The notes: generated by a model from the sequence alone, not told the origin. A stretch of DNA of 61,587 nucleotides from a virus (IMGVR_UViG_3300024517_000020:1-61587); one strand, 5' to 3'; counted from the stretch's first letter, positions 1-9,427 are shown. Made by a program: numbers and translations.

Positions 1-2566
1 AATTAAGTCCAACCCATCCCCCCACACTAAATGGTGCTGTGCCACTTGGTAGGTTTGCATTGGAATATGATAAGTTTGGAGAAGCGATAGCGTTGCCGAT
101 TGTTCCAGTTGTTGATGTTCCAGAAAATGTCACTGGTACAGTATTAGTTGAGGAATCTGTAAGAGTAATAGTATCCCAAGTTGCTGTTGCTGTCATTGTT
201 GTTACACCATTTTTAAATATTAAATCATCAATGGTTAGTGTTTCACCACCACCATTAGGATAATTACTATGTTCATTTCTAAACACTATATGATCCAAAT
301 TAGTTGGTGTTGAGGTCATTGTTATTGTTGATAATGATGAAACCAATGTAGAGTATGAAGCATCAGAATAATGATTTACCTTGTAGGTGGTTGCTGACTC
401 TCTTATGATTTCAATATACATTGTTGTGTTATCACCAATGTTACTTCCAAACTGTGAACCATATCCACCAGTAGGATTCATGTTTAGATGTTGATTATCA
501 GCCCAAGTACCACCCAATGGTCTATCTATGTTATCATGTAGATACTTCATTCCAATGAAATCTTGTGAATCTGCACCCGTTGTTACACTATCTTTATCAG
601 ATAATCCAAAGAATACGCCATGAGCCCAACCTACACCATTATGACTTTGAGTAGGCACATGTATTTTTGCCCTTAACAACCATGTGTCACTTGCTGAACT
701 TCCCAAATCATAAACGATTGAAGTATTTCCACCTGTGGTTTGTGTACTAAATGATAATACTCCAGAAGCAATATTGGCATTTGCACGATTGGCAACCCAT
801 CCACTTGATGTGGTGAAATCCTCATCAGGGTTTGCTGGTGGTACACCAGTTGTAGATGTAGTTACAAGTCCATGCAACAATAATTCATTTGAAGTAAATG
901 TAATCTGTGAATCTGAACCTGAATTGTCAGGCAATTCAGTTAAAGCAAACTCGTTTAGGGTACGGAAAACCTTGTAGCCAGTAATTGGTGAGCCACCATT
1001 TCCACTAGTTGGTACATCAGCCCAATCAAGTTCAATCGGGATTCCAGTTACAGTTGATAGGTTTGTTGGTGCATCAGGTGCTATTGGGATTGAATAAACT
1101 ACATTTAATTTGGTTGTTGTACTGCCAAACCCGATAGTTCTTTCTGTGCCATCTCTTACATGATTATCAAAATACCCAGTGAGTGAATATGTGTTAGAGG
1201 ATAAACCATTACCAATTCCAGTTAAACCATTTGAGTTTAATGCTATTGTTTTTCCAGTTCCAGTTGTTCCGCCACCACTGTCAGATGCAGTTATGACAGT
1301 TCCAGTCAGGGCATCATCAACTGTTGTTTGTCCGTCAGGTGGTGTTGTGGATAACTCTCTCCATGTAATGTTTGGCGGACTGTTGCCTGCATAAACTACA
1401 TCATATTCAAGTTCGGCAGAAGTAATTATGCTTGTATCTGGAATTGAAGTGGTATCAAAAGAATAGTAAACTGATTGACATCCCTGATTAGTTCCAGTGT
1501 TTGTTCTTTGGATGTAAGTGGCAGTGTTTGTTGAACTGAATGTGGTTGAACAAGACGAGCCACTTGATGTAGATGTTGTTACTGCCCTACCATAAGTTCC
1601 AGCAGTTGTTGTAAAGGTTGGGTCAATCTCAAGATAGCCTACAAAGGGAACACCCTCTAATCCGTTTGCGTAATCCAAATTAACTTTGTAATCCCCATCA
1701 AAGATTATATTTACATTTGTTAGACTTTCAATACCTGTATCAAAGTCGTAATTGATTGAATCTGTAAGTTGTAAAATTTCTGCTTGATTATCAACAATGA
1801 AGGAACGGTCAAAGGATTGACCATTGTATTGTGCTATTGGGATTACAGTTTCACCTATCACAATCTCACTACCAACATGAACTGTTTGTGAAATTCCTAG
1901 TTGTTCCGTTCCATCATGTGTCACCTTGAAGGTTTCCTTGAATCCTGAATTAATGTCCAGTCTTAATTCTTGTGTAAATTGTTCCACGACTTGACCAGTT
2001 GTGGTAATTGTTTCACCGTTGAAATAACCTGTACCCCCTGTACTGTTTGTAATTAATGTGAATCCAGAAAAGGTCGAATTACCATAAAATAATTCTGCAC
2101 TTATTGGAATGAAAACATCTTCTGTAATATCTTCTGTAATTGTTTTTGTACTTGTAAGGTACACACCATCTTCATATGGAATAGTTGATACGGTACATGC
2201 CTCATCATTGATAGGAAGGTTTTGCCATTGACCATTGTTAAGATATGTTGCAACTGCTGAAACACTTGGAATGATTTGCTCACCGTCAAAACCGTTTTCA
2301 TAAATGGAGTAAGAACAAGAGTCCTTGTCATAAATTAAAGAACCAACTGCATTACTATGAAACATTACCTTTTGGTCATTAACTGTAAGGACATAGTTCT
2401 GCCATGAACCGTTCATTATCCTTTCAGGGTGGGATTGCCAAGTGGCTTGACCAATAGTGAAATCCTCTATCAAATCATAATTTTGTCCAGTTGTTTCTAT
2501 TTCTGCAAATGCTGCACTAACTGGAATTAATAACAGTACAAAAAGGCCAAGAAGGATTTTCATCAT
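1..2566 (-). CDS. Giant adhesin/receptor-binding protein, copy 1 (N-terminal part, truncated by window edge)
   Basis: Not in the ORF track. Reads MMKILLGLFVLLLIPVSAAFAEIETTGQNYDL... (signal peptide), in frame with ...NANLPSGTAPFSVGGWVGLN at the left edge. Colinear with 23442-29234. Confidence 0.9.
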   Translation of the reverse strand, partial: MMKILLGLFVLLLIPVSAAFAEIETTGQNYDLIEDFTIGQATWQSHPERIMNGSWQNYVLTVNDQKVMFHSNAVGSLIYDKDSCSYSIYENGFDGEQIIPSVSAVATYLNNGQWQNLPINDEACTVSTIPYEDGVYLTSTKTITEDITEDVFIPISAELFYGNSTFSGFTLITNSTGGTGYFNGETITTTGQVVEQFTQELRLDINSGFKETFKVTHDGTEQLGISQTVHVGSEIVIGETVIPIAQYNGQSFDRSFIVDNQAEILQLTDSINYDFDTGIESLTNVNIIFDGDYKVNLDYANGLEGVPFVGYLEIDPTFTTTAGTYGRAVTTSTSSGSSCSTTFSSTNTATYIQRTNTGTNQGCQSVYYSFDTTSIPDTSIITSAELEYDVVYAGNSPPNITWRELSTTPPDGQTTVDDALTGTVITASDSGGGTTGTGKTIALNSNGLTGIGNGLSSNTYSLTGYFDNHVRDGTERTIGFGSTTTKLNVVYSIPIAPDAPTNLSTVTGIPIELDWADVPTSGNGGSPITGYKVFRTLNEFALTELPDNSGSDSQITFTSNELLLHGLVTTSTTGVPPANPDEDFTTSSGWVANRANANIASGVLSFSTQTTGGNTSIVYDLGSSASDTWLLRAKIHVPTQSHNGVGWAHGVFFGLSDKDSVTTGADSQDFIGMKYLHDNIDRPLGGTWADNQHLNMNPTGGYGSQFGSNIGDNTTMYIEIIRESATTYKVNHYSDASYSTLVSSLSTITMTSTPTNLDHIVFRNEHSNYPNGGGETLTIDDLIFKNGVTTMTATATWDTITLTDSSTNTVPVTFSGTSTTGTIGNAIASPNLSYSNANLPSGTAPFSVGGWVGLN

Positions 2567-2811
2567 ACATACGCATCCACATCTTTTCTTGATGCTGCAC
2601 TATACATCCAGAACAATATAATTCCGATCCAAAGGGCGGGTAAGATAATAAACACACCATATAGGTTATCACGAATTACTAATTGCTCAGGGGTTGCACC
2701 TACCCAGAATGTCCATTCAAATGCAATCTCATAAAGCATTGGCATGGAAACAAAGTAAACAATAGTTGAGAAGAACATGGCAAATATTCCACGTAAGATA
2801 ATCTGAATCAA
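2563..2811 (-). CDS. Small two-TM membrane protein (possible minor virion protein)
   Basis: Two hydrophobic helices. Stop overlaps the adhesin start. Positional homolog of 29234-29503 (C-termini SAASRKD / VASARGRD). Confidence 0.8.
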   Translation of the reverse strand: MIQIILRGIFAMFFSTIVYFVSMPMLYEIAFEWTFWVGATPEQLVIRDNLYGVFIILPALWIGIILFWMYSAASRKDVDAYV

Positions 2812-2869
2812 GACTACTAATTAGCATTAGCACTCATATAAAAATAAAAAAGAAATCTTAGTGGTTTGT

Positions 2870-3145
2870 TTATTGTTGACCGCTAAAGATACCTCTAAAG
2901 ACACCCAAGACTTGTAGGATTAATACTACTGGGAAGATTCCCAATACTAACCATCCGTTATCTTTAATGGCGTTACAGGTTGTACTTGCAGGAGTTGCTG
3001 CCCCGCCTGCTACACCTGTTGCTGTAAGTGTATTACAGTCGATAACTGAATCGAATGCTTGTAATACTATCACAGAAATCAGAAGTGCAACAACGAGATA
3101 AATAACTCCCATTATGTTGTCCATACCGAACATGATACTTAGCAA
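2870..3145 (-). CDS. Putative major capsid protein, spindle-virus type (true start probably 3133 or 3124)
   Basis: ~85 aa with two long hydrophobic helices separated by a polar loop holding a Cys pair. Has its own TATA box (~3159-3169). Homolog of 29573-29839. Architecture matches fusellovirus/His1/thaspivirus-type capsid proteins. Confidence 0.65.
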   Translation of the reverse strand: MLSIMFGMDNIMGVIYLVVALLISVIVLQAFDSVIDCNTLTATGVAGGAATPASTTCNAIKDNGWLVLGIFPVVLILQVLGVFRGIFSGQQ

Positions 3146-3172
3146 TCCCTTAGTAGCGTATATAAAAAATTA

Positions 3173-3694
3173 TTAGAATTGCCACTTTATACTCAGGATA
3201 GTCAAGGCCAAATACACCCCCATGATGCTTTGCATTACAGTTACAAATATGTCAGGGATTCCAAATGTTTCAAGTACGCTAAACATAGATCCTGCAGTTA
3301 TTACATTCCAAAAGCCCCATATTGCATCCCAAATCATTAATTCTCCTGCAAGTAGGGCTAGAGGATTACTAACATAAGTTGAATTAGTAGTTGAAGTGAT
3401 AAAATTTCCATTACTTGTCATAATTTGCATAGAGGGTTCATCCACATCAAAATTTAGGGTATGCCAAGTATAGGTAGATACTGCAGTAGTACATTCAATT
3501 TCACTATTATAAGTGCCAAAAAAGCCCGTAGAGTTTGTAATGCCTATAGGTTGATCTAAAACATTATGACAATGCTTTTGAAAATCAAATGGCTTTGCAA
3601 GGCCTGTATCAGTTGATACCTCTACTATCATTACAAACCCATTGACACACATTAGGAAAATGTAGATGCTCAGAAATGTCTTGTACATAGCCAT
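3173..3694 (-). CDS. Membrane protein (virion morphogenesis module)
   Basis: N- and C-terminal TM segments, N-x-S/T sequons. Homolog of 56227-56793 (SNPL...ITAG / DNPL...ITGT). Confidence 0.8.
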   Translation of the reverse strand: MAMYKTFLSIYIFLMCVNGFVMIVEVSTDTGLAKPFDFQKHCHNVLDQPIGITNSTGFFGTYNSEIECTTAVSTYTWHTLNFDVDEPSMQIMTSNGNFITSTTNSTYVSNPLALLAGELMIWDAIWGFWNVITAGSMFSVLETFGIPDIFVTVMQSIMGVYLALTILSIKWQF

Positions 3695-3706
3695 GATTAA
3701 CCACTA

Positions 3707-4045
3707 TTACCCGTACATATCCCGTATAAACAGAATTGCAGTAAACAAGGCTAAACCAAAGAATACCCATCCTAGCCATGATCCATTTGCGGAATTGATA
3801 AACAGTTTTGTTTCCTGTGTTGTTGCATTAGTAATAGTACCATCAGGATGATTTGTTATTTCTACCCTATCAGTTTGCGTTCCTACGTCTTGGCCTGTAG
3901 CTAGGAATATTGCCAAGATCAAGAAAAGTAAAAACGCAAATATTCTAAATATAAAAGAGACAGTACCAAGATTTCTAATTAAAGTAAATACAAGAAATCC
4001 TAAACTCATTGTGAATAGTATGATGAAAAGGCCTAAATCTAACAC
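3707..4045 (-). CDS. Three-TM membrane protein
   Basis: Hydrophobic profile. Similar layout to 55550-55912 (LFINSANGSW / TLINPIW). Confidence 0.75.
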   Translation of the reverse strand: MLDLGLFIILFTMSLGFLVFTLIRNLGTVSFIFRIFAFLLFLILAIFLATGQDVGTQTDRVEITNHPDGTITNATTQETKLFINSANGSWLGWVFFGLALFTAILFIRDMYG

Positions 4046-4067
4046 AATTTACTAATTCTATACTAAG

Positions 4068-5129
4068 TTATGAAGTTTTTTTATTCTCGTCTTTTATCAC
4101 TTTTGCAAGTTCATCCATATCTATACCATGTTCCGATACTTTTTTTCGCACTTGTGTTATTGCAGAAAGTGCAGAGGCAGATAAAGCCTTCTTCTCGGCC
4201 ATTGTAAAGTAAGCCCAATATTTTAAAGCAGTTGCCTTTGATGTGTCAGCTCGCCTTTTACCGTTCTTCATTTTATACACTAGTTCATCATATACGGTTC
4301 GGGCGTTCTTTTTGTCCTTGCGTTGCTCTTTAGGTGATAGACATAGTTGACATTCTTCTTTTGGATAAACCAAACTTCTAACCCCCACACCCGTTGAACA
4401 TAATGCCACTCTCATAGGATCAGAATCCTTGTATCTATAGTTTCTGCCTTCTTCTAATCCATTTACAAAAAAATAACCTTCTTGGGTACTTGTTACATAT
4501 TGTTTTTGAAATCGATAAATTGCTGATCTGTTGGCCATATCCCATCCAAAAGTATTTTTCCAGTTTGCAGCATCCTGATCTGACATGCTAGTTAAGATAC
4601 GAAAATCAGCATCTCTAAGTGCAGGCGGTAATGCCTTTTGATAGTGAATATTGAAAAATGTTATTACTTTTCCCCCCAAAGTGTGCCTGATTGTAGTGAG
4701 TGCGGACACCAATTCTTTTTTTCTCTTGGCATCTTCCATGTCAAGGATATACGAAACATCATCAAAGATCAAAATGTACCTTAACCCCTTTGGCAAATCC
4801 TTTAAGATCTTGTCAAGGTTTCCCAAATCTTTTCCATAAAACCATTTTATGACAAACGGTGAATTAGTCATGCAAGATAATCTATGGCATAACGTTGTTG
4901 TAACCGTACTTTTTCCAGATTCGGATTTCCCAGATAATAAAACAGAAGTGTAAGTTTTATCGCTTCTTTCTGTCTTTCTAATAATTACTGATGCCAGTTT
5001 TGCAATCCATGTTTTTTTAAGAATTGGAATTTTTTCACCTTTGTGCATGTAAAATGTCGTACCCTGAAAACCCGTTGGTTCTTTCAACGATTGCTGCTGA
5101 TCTAACTCAGCTAAGCTAATCCCTGTCAT
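4068..5129 (-). CDS. P-loop ATPase (putative packaging/morphogenesis ATPase)
   Basis: Walker A GKSESGKST and Walker B LIFDD. Homolog of 33500-34573. Start 5129 chosen because it forms an ATGA overlap with the upstream stop. Confidence 0.88.
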   Translation of the reverse strand: MTGISLAELDQQQSLKEPTGFQGTTFYMHKGEKIPILKKTWIAKLASVIIRKTERSDKTYTSVLLSGKSESGKSTVTTTLCHRLSCMTNSPFVIKWFYGKDLGNLDKILKDLPKGLRYILIFDDVSYILDMEDAKRKKELVSALTTIRHTLGGKVITFFNIHYQKALPPALRDADFRILTSMSDQDAANWKNTFGWDMANRSAIYRFQKQYVTSTQEGYFFVNGLEEGRNYRYKDSDPMRVALCSTGVGVRSLVYPKEECQLCLSPKEQRKDKKNARTVYDELVYKMKNGKRRADTSKATALKYWAYFTMAEKKALSASALSAITQVRKKVSEHGIDMDELAKVIKDENKKTS

Positions 5130-5431
5130 TCTGCGTTCTTGTAAGATTGGTACAACTTCAATCTCTCCAATGCGTTGGCCTGTAGGATAAGCGGCATATA
5201 CTTTTCGCAATATTCCATAGCATAGTCCATGTAGTAAGTATCTCCATCTACAGTTGTTGGTACATCAAACTTTGGTAAGTCGTTGATTCTAAAGTTTGGA
5301 GTTAGAGAACTATTCATTAAGTTCATAATATGAATGGCTTTCCGCCATTCGTTAGTTCCGATTGCTTTCATATATCCACCTAATAGGATTCCTGCCACTA
5401 AATCGTAATCAGTTGCCTGCTTGATAGTCAC
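5126..5431 (-). CDS. Conserved protein coupled to the ATPase gene
   Basis: AIGTNEW...MNLMNSSL aligns with AIRTKNW...LNAINSLL of 34573-35166. Same position upstream of the ATPase. Confidence 0.75.
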   Translation of the reverse strand: MTIKQATDYDLVAGILLGGYMKAIGTNEWRKAIHIMNLMNSSLTPNFRINDLPKFDVPTTVDGDTYYMDYAMEYCEKYMPLILQANALERLKLYQSYKNAE

Positions 5432-5660
5432 TTAGTATAGAGATAGTAAATGCGTACATAAGGCTATAGGACACCTTAATTTTTTTATAAAAAAACATAA
5501 TAATAATAAATTATATGTTTATCACTAGAAAAAATTTTGTTTCTTAGTTTCCTACATATTCTTAAAGTTCTAAGGGGTGTCAAAATAGGCACGAATGCAG
5601 GGGGGTAAAAGCGGTAATACTTTAGCTAAAATTAATTTTTTTATTTTTTGGATTTGAAAA

Positions 5661-5701
5661 AATAGGCATACGCCTAAACTAGGCGTGGTATTATGCCTAT
5701 T
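5661..5701. repeat. Nested inverted repeat in AT-rich intergenic region
   Basis: AATAGGCATA...TATGCCTATT encloses CGCCTA-aac-TAGGCG. Confidence 0.8.
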
Positions 5702-5757
5702 GAGGCTAATTAACTGTACTTAATTATACTTTAAATTTTCTAGCCAAAAATGGCGGC

Positions 5758-6555
5758 CTATATAGGAAGGTATGGGCGGGGGTTTAGATCATGTGCTTCC
5801 TTATGACACGTCTTGCATAGCAGCATACCATTAGTAGGAATAAGAGATAACTCAGGGTAGAACCCCTTGAACAGTAAATGATGTGCGTTTAATCCATCTT
5901 TGGAATAACATACCTGACAATACTTTTGTTTGTGAATGAGTTTAGACCAACTCATCAAGGCACATTTGTATGCCTTAACTGAAATTTTGTACTTCATTGC
6001 TAGTTTTTTTAAGTATTTTAAATCACATACAAATTTCTTTTCAGGATTATTTTGATACCATTTCTTACTGTATTCTCTATAATGTTCTTTATTATTTTGA
6101 CGGTATTTCTTATCACGTTCTCTAACCCATTCTTTATTATTTTGATACCATTTCTTACTGTGTTCTCTAACCCATTCTTTATTATTTTGACGCCATTTCT
6201 TACTGTATTCTCTAATACTTTCTTTATTATTTTGATAATGTTTCTTTTTATTCTCTCTAATACTTTCTTTATTATTTTGACGGTATTTCTTATCACGTTC
6301 TCTAACCCATTCTTTATTATTTTGACGGTATTTCTTATCACGTTCTCTAACCCATTCTTTATTATTTTGATACCATTTCTTACTGTGTTCTCTCATCCTT
6401 TCTTTATTATTTTGATACCATTTCTTACTGTGTTCTCTCATCCTTTCTTTATTATTTTGATAGCGTTTCTTACTGTATTCTTTATTATTTTGACGCCATT
6501 TCTTATAATATTCTAATTTTCTATAACGCTTAACGTGTTCGTAAAACAACTGCAT
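5758..6555 (-). CDS. HNH endonuclease with N-terminal 15-aa tandem repeats
   Basis: C-terminal CQVC...LNAHH...NGMLLCKTCHKEAH. About 11 KKxxQNNKE repeats. Confidence 0.88.
   Translation of the reverse strand: MQLFYEHVKRYRKLEYYKKWRQNNKEYSKKRYQNNKERMREHSKKWYQNNKERMREHSKKWYQNNKEWVRERDKKYRQNNKEWVRERDKKYRQNNKESIRENKKKHYQNNKESIREYSKKWRQNNKEWVREHSKKWYQNNKEWVRERDKKYRQNNKEHYREYSKKWYQNNPEKKFVCDLKYLKKLAMKYKISVKAYKCALMSWSKLIHKQKYCQVCYSKDGLNAHHLLFKGFYPELSLIPTNGMLLCKTCHKEAHDLNPRPYLPI
6046..6505. repeat. ~45-bp coding tandem repeat (about 10-11 units)
   Basis: Recurrent TTCTTTATTATTTTGA core at ~45-bp period. Confidence 0.9.
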
Positions 6556-6591
6556 GGATAAACTACTAATTCAATACTAAGTTTATTTGCA

Positions 6592-6759
6592 TTACCAATT
6601 CTTCTCTAAGAAATCTTTCAAGTCCTTAAATGATAATACTACTGGATCTGATTTCTTTTTGTACCTGCCACCAAAGCAATCATTACAGATGCGTTGGCCG
6701 CTTTGAGGATCTACAAAAGTAGGTTTTACTTCCAAACAAAAGTAACAAATCTTATACAT
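6592..6759 (-). CDS. Small Zn-finger protein
   Basis: MYKICYFC...ICNDCF...KDLKDFLEKNW. Clear homolog of 33216-33398. Confidence 0.75.
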   Translation of the reverse strand: MYKICYFCLEVKPTFVDPQSGQRICNDCFGGRYKKKSDPVVLSFKDLKDFLEKNW

Positions 6760-7051
6760 GTCGCCAAGCCTTTTTTTTATTCTTATCCTTGTAAACGATA
6801 ATTGCAGTTCCCTCATACTTGCATGCAGATAACCTTTCACGTTCTGCAGGGGGGACATACCCGTTAGTCTTACATTGAATTAATAGCGTGCCTTGCGGGT
6901 AATCCCTTAATGTATTAATTTGTGGTGGAACTGCGATAACATCAAACACACCCTTAGAGCCATACGATCTAATACAGTAATATCCATGCTTGCGTAAAAA
7001 TGACATAGTGGAATACTCAAAATTTCTTCCGATTATGTAATTTGATGGCAT
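6752..7051 (-). CDS. hjc: Archaeal-type Holliday junction resolvase (Hjc-like PD-(D/E)XK nuclease)
   Basis: GRNFE...LRKHGY...RSYGSKGVFDVIAV...LIQCK motif pattern. Confidence 0.8.
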   Translation of the reverse strand: MPSNYIIGRNFEYSTMSFLRKHGYYCIRSYGSKGVFDVIAVPPQINTLRDYPQGTLLIQCKTNGYVPPAERERLSACKYEGTAIIVYKDKNKKKAWRHV

Positions 7052-7346
7052 GGCTTAACATGGGTGTAACAGTTTTGACAAAGATAGTAACATAATTGAC
7101 TTGCTTTTTTGTTGCAACAAACGCACCTTAATTCCATTTTAGGGATTTCTTGAATGATTCATCATAGAAAGATAAATCGCTATGCTGCTTTAGGTGATCT
7201 GAAATATCATCCAGATGCTTGTTACATCTATCACAGAATCCTGCTTTACCCAATTAGTTCCACCTCAAATTTTTCTTTACAGAGTTTGAATAATAAGAAT
7301 CGCCTAGATTCTCAATGTTGTGATTTTTCTTATTGCATTTATTACA

Positions 7347-7378
7347 CATAACACTTAGCAAACACTTAGCATATTTAA
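7347..7378 (-). promoter_or_regulatory. Duplicated promoter cassette, copy 1
   Basis: Minus strand reads TTAAATATGCTAAGTGTTTGCTAAGTGTTATG: TATA box, 2x TGCTAAGTGTT, then ATG. Identical to 7581-7612. Confidence 0.75.
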
Positions 7379-7382
7379 ATAA

Positions 7383-7583
7383 TTAATCAAAGTTAAATGG
7401 ATCAATCTTTTTAGAATTAGATTTTTTAAAATTTGAAAAGTGTTGTTCCGCATCTTTGATATTTGTAAATCCATCCGATTCTCCAGTTTTAGTCAAGACT
7501 ACAAATTTAGATCTATGTTTTGTAATTACTGGATATACTCCTACTGCATCTGCATCTTTAATACTTGGATATTTCTTTGGCAT
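7383..7583 (-). CDS. Hypothetical protein (MPKKYPSIK...)
   Basis: The ATG is the last codon of the duplicated promoter cassette. Confidence 0.65.
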   Translation of the reverse strand: MPKKYPSIKDADAVGVYPVITKHRSKFVVLTKTGESDGFTNIKDAEQHFSNFKKSNSKKIDPFNFD

Positions 7584-7612
7584 AACACTTAGCAAACACT
7601 TAGCATATTTAA
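7581..7612 (-). promoter_or_regulatory. Duplicated promoter cassette, copy 2
   Basis: 32-bp exact direct repeat of 7347-7378. Confidence 0.75.
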
Positions 7613-7787
7613 GGATAAACACCAATAAGGATTTTAACCAAATATTCCGCACCAAGTATAGCAAAAAAGAATATCGTTGTAAGGCCTGCTAGTCTAAGGA
7701 GTTTGAATCGTAGTTTGTGTTTTTTCTCCTTTTCATCCCATCTATTTGCAAAGCCCACATACTTAGTAAATAATTAGCAGTATAAAA

Positions 7788-7819
7788 AATAGGGGCTGAA
7801 CACAACTAAAGCCCCTATT
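7788..7819 (-). terminator. Stem-loop after the HNH operon (possible terminator)
   Basis: AATAGGGGCT / AGCCCCTATT 10-bp stem, followed by a T-run on the minus strand. Confidence 0.55.
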
Positions 7820-7824
7820 CCTAA

Positions 7825-8040
7825 TCAGTTATGATTAGCGTAATCCTCTATTACATAGAGTTCTTCTAGTATTTTTTCCCTTTGATTTATGAATGATTCC
7901 ACTTCTCGCATCAGGCTAGGTGCATCCCACTTTGCCGCAATAATGTTTTTCATCCTGCTGCAAACATCCGTATCAACATCCCCAAGTTCCAAGAGAAGTG
8001 CTTCCTCTTGGCGTTGTTTCTTTTTTTCTTCGGGTGTCAT
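7825..8040 (-). CDS. Hypothetical protein (MTPEEKKK...)
   Basis: ATGA-coupled to the stop of 8037-8801. Confidence 0.6.
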   Translation of the reverse strand: MTPEEKKKQRQEEALLLELGDVDTDVCSRMKNIIAAKWDAPSLMREVESFINQREKILEELYVIEDYANHN

Positions 8041-8801
8041 GCTATTGCAATCCTCTGTAGTTCGTGTTGGCATTTACCGTTGTTTCCACTTTTTCCTTTT
8101 GAGAAATTACAGTTCATGCAAAGCAGTTGGAATATTGGGGGATAGTTATTTCTAATAGACCAATCAACTAAACTTGTGTTAGTACCCATTTTCTTTCTAT
8201 GCTGACTACCATTGTTGTATATGTGATCAAGGCTTAGAAAATCAATTTCCTTTTCCCCGCAACATGCACATTGAATTATCCCATTTCCGTAATGCAAATA
8301 GGTTTCTTTCTTTCTTTTAACTACCCTTTGTATTATCTTCTCAGGGTTTTTTGCTTTCCATTCTCTAGATTTAAGCACTCTTTTCTCTCTATGTTTTTGA
8401 TAACTTTTTCTATTGATTTCTTTATATTTTTCTTTATTTGCTATGATTCTTGCCTTTTGCAGTCTGTTTATTTCGTCTTTATGTTCTTCATTATACTTTC
8501 TCTTCTGCTCTTTGATTTTCTCTCTATTCTCTTCTCGCCATTTTGCTTGTTGTGCGTTTAGTTTCTCTTTGTTTTTTTTCCTATATTCTTTTGACTTTAA
8601 CGCAATTTTGTCTTTATGTTCTTCACGATACTTTCTCTTTTGTTCTTTGTTTTTCTCTTTATTTGTTTCATTATACTTTCTCTTTTGTTCTTTAATTTTC
8701 TCTTTATTTGTTTCATTATACTTTCTCTTCTGTTCTTTGTTTTTCTCATAGTACTTTCGAGATGCTTCTTTTTTTCTCTCTCGTTTTTCTTCGGGTGTCA
8801 T
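8037..8801 (-). CDS. His-Me finger (HNH/endonuclease VII-like) nuclease with charged N-terminal repeats
   Basis: CACCGE...LSLDHI...LLCMNCN at the C-terminus. KEQKRKY repeats at the N-terminus. Confidence 0.8.
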   Translation of the reverse strand: MTPEEKRERKKEASRKYYEKNKEQKRKYNETNKEKIKEQKRKYNETNKEKNKEQKRKYREEHKDKIALKSKEYRKKNKEKLNAQQAKWREENREKIKEQKRKYNEEHKDEINRLQKARIIANKEKYKEINRKSYQKHREKRVLKSREWKAKNPEKIIQRVVKRKKETYLHYGNGIIQCACCGEKEIDFLSLDHIYNNGSQHRKKMGTNTSLVDWSIRNNYPPIFQLLCMNCNFSKGKSGNNGKCQHELQRIAIA

Positions 8802-9427
8802 TATGCTGCAGCCCTCACTTTATAGATGGGATTCAATCTATGAACTTCTTTATGATGAACCTTGCACAATGGGATGCCATTATTTTCATTCAAAGAAAGT
8901 TCTGGAAAGTATGTTTTGAACAATATATGATGGGTGTTTAATCCGTCATTTGATCCACATATACCACACTTAGCCCCATGTTTTTTCTTTACAGTTTTAC
9001 CCCATGCTAATAACGCCCAAGCATATTCATCCCATTTTAGATTAAAGGGTTTTCCAAACTTTGTAAGGGATTTTTTTGTAGATGCTAATTTTACTTCGGG
9101 GTTTCTTTCATTGTATGCTTTAGCATAAGCCACCCTTTCGACCATGTGAATTTTAGAGTATTCCCTTTTTTGTTTAAGGATTCTTTCTCTATTACTCCAA
9201 TGCCATTCTTTTTTCCCCTGCAATAGTTTATCTCTATTTTTTTCCTTGTACTTTCTTACTTGTTCTTTGTATTTTGTAGTATGTTTTACTTTGTTGTGGT
9301 ATGCTGCTTTTCTTGCTTTTAGTTTCTCTTTGTTCTTTTCCCTGTATTCTTTTTTATTCAAGTATATGGCATGTTTGTTTTTTTCTCTATACTGTTTATG
9401 ATATTCTCTTTTTTGTTCTGGAGTCAA
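8801..9427 (-). CDS. HNH endonuclease with charged helical N-terminus
   Basis: CGICG...LNTHH...FPELSL..NGIPLCKVHH. Paralog of 5758-6555. Confidence 0.85.
   Translation of the reverse strand: MTPEQKREYHKQYREKNKHAIYLNKKEYREKNKEKLKARKAAYHNKVKHTTKYKEQVRKYKEKNRDKLLQGKKEWHWSNRERILKQKREYSKIHMVERVAYAKAYNERNPEVKLASTKKSLTKFGKPFNLKWDEYAWALLAWGKTVKKKHGAKCGICGSNDGLNTHHILFKTYFPELSLNENNGIPLCKVHHKEVHRLNPIYKVRAAA

Noticed and set aside
39-2331. Short ORFs in the track over 1-2.5 kb, and similar ones within 24-29 kb and 58-61 kb
   Set aside because: Antisense or off-frame shadows of the adhesin reading frame.
4068-5129. Terminase or other head-tail virus hallmark
   Set aside because: No terminase nuclease domain, portal, HK97 capsid or tail genes recognised.
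6046-6505. Regularly spaced repeats resembling a CRISPR array
   Set aside because: In-frame 45-bp coding repeats with recurring rather than unique spacers; no cas genes.
6018-8941. Hydrophobic Phe/Leu/Ile-rich ORFs (6052-6516, 8271-8941) and 6018-6341
   Set aside because: Shadows of Lys/Glu-rich repeat genes on the opposite strand or in another frame.
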